Source: Octopus sinensis (lineage: Eukaryota). Taken from it: a stretch of DNA of 29,909 nt. Positions 22,832 to 29,909 of the stretch are shown here, in pieces. Position numbers and translations under genes: made by a program. A model generated the notes under the pieces. It was not told the DNA's origin, searched no databases, and was given only the letters and a program-made list of their open reading frames with translations. The first letter of the stretch is position 1, and each line of letters starts with the position of its first letter. Where the stretch lies: assembly GCF_006345805.1 (NCBI RefSeq), contig NW_021833524.1, positions 1 to 29,909 on the forward strand. The letters are read 5' to 3'.

Positions 22832-23075
22832 CTCCGATGTGAATCCCGCCTTCCAGAATTACATTAGAATAAACAAGAACAAAACTAACCAATTCTGTGA
22901 GTGTGCAAATTAAAGAATAATCTCTCAGAAGTGTTCCATGTCGTAAACATCGAGATATTCGTGAAAATGGAAAATTCAAAATAATCCCTTTTCACAAAGT
23001 AAAAGACGAAAATGATTACTGACGAAAGGCAAAAGAAGAATGTATTATAAAGATTCTAAATCCTTACTAAACCTG
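22832..23075 (+). mobile_element. Decayed Penelope-like GIY-YIG endonuclease (second lineage)
   Basis: LRCESR(fs)QNYIR(fs)TRTKLTNSVSVQIKE*SLRSVPCRKHRDIRENGKFKIIPFHKVKDENDY*RKAKEECIIKILNP fits the CxxC..YIG...R..KE..FI....P.LN pattern. Confidence 0.6.
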
Positions 23076-23250
23076 AAATTGTGAACACCATTAATAAAAA
23101 CAATTTCCTCTATACGGATTAGCCCAGAACAGATGTGTTTGAAAAGTTACACAACAAAGGTGCTTACACAGAAAGTACTCGCGGTACAAAAGATTCTTTC
23201 CCAAAGATTTGTAATATTCTGCTTAAAAAAAAAACAAACCCCAAAACAAT

Positions 23251-23646
23251 AGGAGTGGCTGTGTGTTAAGTAGCTTGCTTACCGACCACATGATTCCGGG
23301 TTCAGTCCCACTGCGTGGCACATTGGGCAAGTGTCTTCTGCTATAACCTCGGGCCAACCAATGCCTTGTGAGTGGATTTGGTAGACGGAAACTGAAAGAA
23401 GCCTGTCGTATATATGTATATATATGTATATGTTTGTGTGTGTTTGTGTGTCTGTCTCCCCAACATGGCTTGACAACCGATGCTGGTGTGTTTACGTCCC
23501 CGTGATTTAGTATTTCGGTAAAAGAGACAGATAGAATAAGTTCTAGGCTTACAAAGAATAAGTCCTGGGGTCGATTTGCTCGACTAAAAGCGATGCTCCA
23601 GCATGGTCGCAGTCAAATGACTGAAACAAGTAAAAGAGTAAGAGAG
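23251..23646 (+). mobile_element. Full-length SINE family B
   Basis: aggagtggctgtgtg...gactgaaacaagtaaaagagtaagagagt. Confidence 0.92.
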
Positions 23647-23950
23647 TGTAAATGCTTGGCAGATGAGCTGAAGAGAAGACTCCTGTGTCTGCGACCAAAT
23701 ATTGCCAGGTAATTTTCAACACCTTTCTCAGACAGTTAATGCGGAACAAGTTTAGCGCTTTGGTGTGACCTTCGTAAACCATCCAAGCTTCGCAGACATA
23801 CAACAATGTAGGCAGTACAACTGCTTGGTATACCTTCAGGTTTGTGGCCAGCCTAATGACTCACCTCACCCGTACAGATTCACGTAGCCGCCCGAATGCT
23901 GAGCTTCTCTTTGCGATGCGTGTGTCGACTTCGTCGTCAATTTTCACAGA
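23642..23950 (-). mobile_element. RTE-clade LINE fragment (region C-terminal to the RT core)
   Basis: SVKIDDEVDTRIAKRSSAFGRLRESVRVR*VIRLATNLKVYQAVVLPTLLYVCEAWMVY...FRINCLRKVLKITWQYLVADTGV...LPSIYTLL is a typical RTE sequence. Confidence 0.88.
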
Positions 23951-24056
23951 TCTTTAAAAGGTATATTGATGATACAAAACGTCTCATATATTTTGATTAG
24001 ATTTATCAATGGGAAAAAGGAGAAAAGTTCATTTGATCATCAGAATTTATGAACAT

Positions 24057-24100
24057 AGGCGTAAGAAAGGCTGTGTGGTAAGTAGCTTGCTTACCACACA
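24057..24100 (+). mobile_element. SINE family B head stub
   Basis: aggcgtaagaaaggctgtgtggtaagtagcttgcttacca, then (CA)n. Confidence 0.7.
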
Positions 24101-24118
24101 CACACACATATATATATA

Positions 24119-24356
24119 GGGAGAGTTCACGAAAAAACAAAAGACGAAGACAGGTGGTGTACAAAACAAACAGATTTATTAGTATAACGCTCAGGAATAG
24201 AAAAAGTTTTTTACGTTTCGTGCCTAAGCTCTTCTACAGAAAGGGACAGAGAAAAAACAAGGAGAGAGAAAAAAAGGAGAGAAACAAGGAGAGAAAAAAA
24301 GGAGAGAAAAAGGAGAGGAAAAAAATGTGTGTAGTGGCTAACGATCTATCATGGCG

Positions 24357-24360
<4 letters not shown>
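24119..24360 (-). mobile_element. Short (TA)n-flanked element with minimal hammerhead-like motif (putative solo pLTR)
   Basis: Near-identical to 27650-27845. Minus strand reads cttt-CTGTAGA-a-gagc.ttag.gcac-GAA-ACGT-A-aaa. Confidence 0.7.
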
Positions 24361-24390
<30 letters not shown>

Positions 24391-24393
<3 letters not shown>

Positions 24394-24540
24394 TTTTCTA
24401 CTCTAGGCACAAGGCCTGAAATTTTGGGGGAGGTGGCCAGTCGATTAGACCGACACCAGTACGCAACTGGTACTTAATTTATCGACTCCGAAAGAATGAA
24501 AAGCAAAGTCAACCTCAGTGGAATTTGAACTCAGAACGTA
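24391..24540 (-). mobile_element. SINE family A, alternative tail
   Basis: Core matches family A. The tail gactggccacctcccccaaaatttcaggccttgtgcctagagtagaaaag corresponds to the tail of the unit at 13146. Confidence 0.85.
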
Positions 24541-25686
24541 AAGTATTATATATATTGGTATAAAAATGGTAGTTATTTTTTTTTCAAAATAATTTTTTTC
24601 TGTTAATTCTCACTCTGGGACAATTATTGTTTCATTTAACGTGTTATTAAAATTAGATTGATGGTGTTTGTTAGGGGTTTGTTTGTAAAATATAGAAAAA
24701 GGGCCACGTAGTGTTTGACAAGTCGTATAAGGGTTCTCTACGACAAAATAAATTTGGAAACCGATGTATGAAAAAAAAGAAACACCACACACACATGAAA
24801 TATCGAAAAGAAAAAAAGAATTTATCTGTCCCTTGTCACTCATAAAAACAGTTTAATAACAATAGTCACGAAATCAAAGATTCGTTTATATTTTTGTGAA
24901 ATTTTTTTTTTTTAAAAAGAGTTTCTCTCTGATTTGGTATCTTTTTTTTGTCATTTGAATAACGGAGAAGTAAAACCCCTCCGAAACTAAAAAAGCCGGG
25001 AGGTGGGGTGGGAAACAAGAAACGAACAAAAAATTTGTAAAAGAACTTATAAAAAAAAATTAAAAACACTACTAACATCACAGTAAACAATTATACTCAT
25101 TAAACGGTGAGCTCCTAGTGTGAAGTCGTATTTATATCCGTGTCACGTCGACACTGCACATCATTTCATTGTTTGTCGTGGCACCGATCAAACCATTTCT
25201 TTCTTTATTTATTTATTTATTTTTCCTTGTTTTTTTTTTTTTAAAATACTTTGTTGTTTTTTACGTATTATTTTTGTATTTTATTTTATTTTATTTTATT
25301 TTATTTTATTTTATTTTTATTTTTTATAATTTATTGAGATTGGAAACTGTTCTGGAATTAGCTGTTTGTTTGAAGACAGCATACAAATAAATTTCTTAAT
25401 GTCGACAACAACAACAACATGAAACAAGTGTAACGACGGCGATGGCAGAAATTGCAGCAGCAGCAGCAACAGTACCCAACATGGCAGTCATAACAACAAC
25501 AACAACAACAACAACAATAACAACAGTATTACCATTAGCTGCAATTATAGTAATGATTCTCGAACAAGATAAAAAAAAAAACAGCAATGAATTGTGATAG
25601 ATTTTAATGATTTCTTGCAACCTGCATCAATAACAAACTTCATTGTTGCTATCACGGTCTTCACCGTCGTCGCCGTTGTGAACTAT

Positions 25687-25689
<3 letters not shown>

Positions 25690-25717
<28 letters not shown>

Positions 25718-26474
25718 GTCGTCGTCGTAGTCGTCGTAGTCGTTATCCTTGACATCTTCATCGTCGTCGTTGTCGTTATTGTCGTCGACCTCGTCGTCGT
25801 CATCATCATCATCATCCTCATCATCATTGTCGTCGTCATCATCATCATCGTCGTCATCATCGTCATCGTCATCGTCATCATCATCGTCATCATCATTATC
25901 ATCGATCGTTGTCGGCATCGCCATCATCAACATCATCGATCACCGTCTTCATCATCATCGTCGTCGTCGTCGTCGTTGTCGTCATCATTAGCATCAACAT
26001 CATCATCACCATGAGCGTGATCATCATTGCCGTTGCCATAATTGTCGTGGTCGTTGTCGTCATCGTCGTCATTATCATCATCATCCTCATCGTCGTCATC
26101 GTCATGGTTGTGGTGGTGGTGGTGGTCGTCGTCGTCGTCATCATCATCATCAAATTTGCCGTCGTCGTCGAGAAACAGAAAGACCAGAAGAAACGACAGT
26201 AGCAGCTGAGACAGCAGTAACAACAACAACAACAACAACAATAGGAAGACTAGCACCTCCACCACCACCACCACCACCACAAAAAACAATACCAACACCA
26301 ACAGTTACAATGGCAAAAGTCGTAGGAGTAACAGCAGCAATGCCAATAACACCATTCGAAACCTGAACAACCTCAACCACACCACTATTAATAGTAGCAA
26401 TAACAAGAACAATTACAGCAACGACCATAATAGTGCATGCCATCAAATATTATTATTATCATTATTATTATTGC

Positions 26475-26513
<39 letters not shown>

Positions 26514-26545
26514 TGTTGTTGTTGTTGTTGTTGTTGTTATTGTTT
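25690..26545. repeat. Trinucleotide low-complexity region (CAT/CGT, CAA/CAC, ATT, GTT)
   Basis: Direct reading. Confidence 0.92.
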
Positions 26546-27401
26546 TTTGAAAGAACAGACAATATGATATATTAGGGTTCCATTATGGAAGATATCAATC
26601 ATGCCATTTCCACCAATTTCCAACAGCAAATCACAAGAATCTCTAAAAGACCCAAAATAGTGCACTTTGCATCAAAAAGGGCTGCAGAAACACATCACAC
26701 GCACATACATGCACACAAGCACTCACACCCATGCGTGCGTACATACATACGCGCACACACGCATATGTGGTACGCACGAGTAGCGGTTTGCCGTACTTAA
26801 GACTGCGCATGCAACGTTATAAAAATCAAAAGCCGTTTAATTCATGCAAGGTGCACGTAGCATGCGTACTACACTCTTCGTTGCATTATCTCATAAAAAT
26901 GAATGATTTATTTTAAAACCTGATTTGTTATTTGCATTCATTTAGGCGTACTTTGCATGCCTTGCATTCATGTAGAACACACATGCACGCACAGACATAC
27001 AAGCACGTACATGCATACCTTCGCAAACACACACAGACACACGCGCGGGAGCGTTGAAACACACGAACACGTATGTCCTCTGCATAGCGATACGCGACCA
27101 CTCAGAATAAAACGTGACTTCCACACGCAAGAGGTACCGGGTGGTTGTTGCAAAAAAAGCTCGGAGCTATCCAGCAATCTCTGCTGCTGTTTGTTCAGTC
27201 AGTTGTCAACAACCAGATACCGCTTGAATATCCTCTACAACACACTACTATCAACACCATCAGTAATGTTGCAGCTCTTTCGTTGTATTTTCAGTTGAAA
27301 TTCTGGTAGGGGCAAGTTTCCTATCCACTTCCCCTTTCCTACGGTGTCGATAAGACACACACACACACACACACACACACACAACACACACATATATATA
27401 T

Positions 27402-27503
27402 TATCGAGTTAGAAAACAGAGAGATCTAATGGATACAAATTAATTTATCAATTAAGATATTCACCTACAATTGTTTCATTTCACAAGCAAAATTGAAATT
27501 ATA
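27402..27503 (-). repeat. Second copy of the 21687 repeat
   Basis: Direct similarity. Flanked by (CA)/(TA) tracts. Confidence 0.75.
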
Positions 27504-27549
27504 ATGCACACATATTACTATATACACACACATACACATACACACACGC

Positions 27550-27621
<72 letters not shown>

Positions 27622-27649
27622 ATATACATATACATACATATATATATAT

Positions 27650-27845
27650 GAGCGTTTAAGAAAAAAAACAAAAGACGAAGACAGGTGGTGTACAAAACAA
27701 AAACAGATGTATTAGTATAACGCTCAGGAATAGAAAAAAAAGTATTTTACGTTTCGAGCCTACACTCTTCTACAGAAAAGGACACAGAAAAAAAAAGAGA
27801 GAAACAAGGAGAGAAAAAGAGTGGCTAACGATCTATCAGGCGACT
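27650..27845 (-). mobile_element. Short (TA)n-flanked element with minimal hammerhead-like motif (copy of 24119)
   Basis: Minus strand reads tttt-CTGTAGA-a-gagt.gtag.gctc-GAA-ACGT-A-aaa. Confidence 0.7.
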
Positions 27846-27933
27846 ATATATACACACAACACACACACACACACACACCATATTATCTATATTATATACA
27901 TATACATATCACACACACACACACACCACACAC

Positions 27934-27983
<50 letters not shown>

Positions 27984-28114
27984 ATATATATATTAAAATA
28001 CATAAATGTGTGTGCATGTGTGTGTATAGTTTACACATCCAGTGGAGGTAGAATTTTAAAAAACAAGTACTCCATCAAATGAGAGATAAATATCAATTTA
28101 AATAAACAACCGAA

Positions 28115-28205
28115 AGAGCTACTAATAGTTTCATGCTTTTATGATACTTGAACTGGCGTATTTATAAAATATGCCTTGTGTGTTAGAGCAATCTTTCAGG
28201 CTTCT
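28115..28205 (-). ncRNA. Hammerhead-like motif with long stem II (slightly degenerate)
   Basis: Minus strand: agaagc-CUGAAAGA-u-ugcu...agca-u-GAAAC-uauua-GUA-gcucu. The core has one extra A. Confidence 0.55.
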
Positions 28206-28226
28206 ATTTATACATTTATATATATA

Positions 28227-28588
28227 CTAGCAGTATCGCCCGGCGTTGCTCGGGTTTGTAAGGGAAATATATTTTTAGAGAGTTATAGCAAAAAATAGCA
28301 AAAAATGCATTAAAAATGGAAAAAAATGATGGTAAATTTTTTTTAAATCGTTGACTCATCGTAGACATTTTTAGAGAGTTACTTTCCGTATATAATAGCG
28401 AAAAAATGCATTAAAATGGAAAAATATGATGGTAAATTTTTTTTTAAATCGTAGATTCATCATAGCCGCGCGCTAATACCCAGAAGGGCTCGATATGAAT
28501 CACGACTATAAGATACCTGGTTTTGGTTAAACTGCACTGCAAAATGTGGGAGTAGTTAGACACACAACCTTACTTTTATATATAAAGA
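28227..28588 (-). mobile_element. Non-autonomous Helitron with an internal ~100-bp tandem duplication
   Basis: Minus strand starts A|TCTTTATATATAAAAG, has hairpin cccgagcaacgccggg and ends CTAG|T within (TA)n. Repeat units are 28271-28366 and 28367-28466. Confidence 0.82.
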
Positions 28589-28597
28589 TATATATAT

Positions 28598-29125
28598 AGG
28601 GAAAATGGGAAAAACATTGGCGCAAAAAGTGGAACGAGAAGAAAGAAATGTAATCAAGAAAACTAAGATCCTCGTCCTCCCTGATTGCAGAAAGCACATT
28701 AAATACGACTAGTATAGAACTAAATAACAGAAAATATGTCAAAGTCTGCGAGACAGCAACTCAAGCGGGAGCAGGTGGTGCCCTCCGATTCGATAAAAGA
28801 AACCTGTCCATGTGTCTACTCTTGTAAAACATTTCAGATCTGGAATTACGCAGTGTGTTGGAATTGCTGGATCTAAGAAGAATATGAGATCTTTCTGCTA
28901 CGCATAAGTTGCATTTCTTAGATCCACTAACATATGGTTTGGATTTCTCCGCTATGCTATTCACCATTTAATTGTATGCGGGTTGGAGCTGCTCTTCAGA
29001 CTCCATACGTGGCTAGCCAACTTAGATGCATTACTTCTATCGATGAACCAGAAAGAAGATCGGTTGTTTGCATAACGTCTCTTGAATGCGCCCTCACATA
29101 GCCCGATGTAATTCTTCTTTTCAAT
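28598..29125 (-). mobile_element. Penelope-like GIY-YIG endonuclease remnant plus probable 3' UTR
   Basis: KKNYIGLCEGAFKRRYANNRSSF...SKLASHVWSLK...IKW(fs)SIAEKSKPYVSGSKKCNLCVAERSHIL...NSRSEMFYKSRHMDRFLL. Confidence 0.85.
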
Positions 29126-29909
29126 TGATTTGTCTTGGAGTCTCGTAAGCTCTTCTTTACAAATGAATTATCTCGGAAGCTCCTTTGCTATTTAATTCGG
29201 CTACAGCTTATTGTTCATATCTGCCAGCGTAAATTTATGGGAAGATTATTAGTGTGGTGCTGGTATAACGTAGGATAGGATATGATTAATATAATAAAAA
29301 TACTAATGCAATTTTTGCCATAGCAAATGAACACGTGTATTAATATTCCGCTTAAAATGCATGGATTGTGCAAATCATACTTGTAATATCCTATGGATGG
29401 GGAAAACCACAACTAAAGCATGGAATTTGTGGAAAAGTACGTAGCAATGTATTAAAGGATTCACAAATTTTCATCCAAAGTTCTTGTCATAATATATATA
29501 TATCTATATATATAAATATATACATATCGTTTTGGGATTTGGTTTGCAAGATTCTTTATGTGAGTTCGTGTGTTGAAGCATATTCTGTTGTGTCTGGGGA
29601 GAGTCATTTTCTTTTTGTGCCTTATAATTTAACACACTCACCGGTAAAATTTCCACTTATTCCTTATTTTTATTTTCCTAAAATTTTCGTTGCATCTTTC
29701 AAAAACGTTTATAGTCGAAGCTGTGTCCTCGTGAAACTCGTCTGCATATTCTCAATTATCAAATGTATGTATACAGATGTTTTAATTTAAATGAGACATA
29801 AAGAAAAAAAAAACATTCGAAATTTGTGGTGAATCCTATTAGCAGAGTAATTACATATAGAAGAACATATAGAATCTCCTATCTGTAATTCTTCAGACGA
29901 AGATTAAAA

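Noticed and set aside
23019-23030. ctgacgaaag as a hammerhead core
   Set aside because: It lies within the GIY-YIG coding remnant, with no stem II/GAAAC/stem I arrangement.
24072-24100. 11-bp stem palindrome as another fold-back event
   Set aside because: The extension beyond the native SINE hairpin is only caca, which the abutting (CA)n tract explains.
27285-27312. 11-nt microexon (ttttcag|ttgaaattctg|gtaggg)
   Set aside because: Such short splice-like matches are common by chance, and it would shift frame.
29525-29909. Further degenerate hammerhead-like fragments near the window end
   Set aside because: Core nucleotides are incomplete or cut by the window edge, so they cannot be supported.

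Overview
Eukaryotic, AT-rich, microsatellite-saturated non-coding DNA. The repeat families strongly suggest an octopod cephalopod (Octopus-like), which is an inference. I find no intact protein-coding gene: nearly all listed ORFs are translations of (TACA)n, (CA)n, (TA)n, (CAT)n and (TCT)n tracts. The window is a mosaic of three tRNA-derived SINE families (about 20 copies or fragments), decayed LINE pieces (Tx1/L1, R4/Dong-like, RTE), two mariner-derived MITEs, a piggyBac-like MITE, two non-autonomous Helitrons and three separate Penelope-like (GIY-YIG) remnants. The most interesting signal is a set of hammerhead ribozyme (HHR) motifs. One is canonical and apparently intact (16639-16719), lying just 3' of a Penelope GIY-YIG domain that carries a ~110-codon Asn/Asp/Ser-rich insertion between its GIY- and YIG-equivalent motifs. 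Several variant or minimal HHR-like motifs sit in short (TA)n-flanked non-coding elements resembling solo pLTRs or retrozymes. A 165-bp near-perfect fold-back palindrome and inverted SINE pairs offer potential dsRNA substrates. One 42-nt candidate exon is noted at low confidence.
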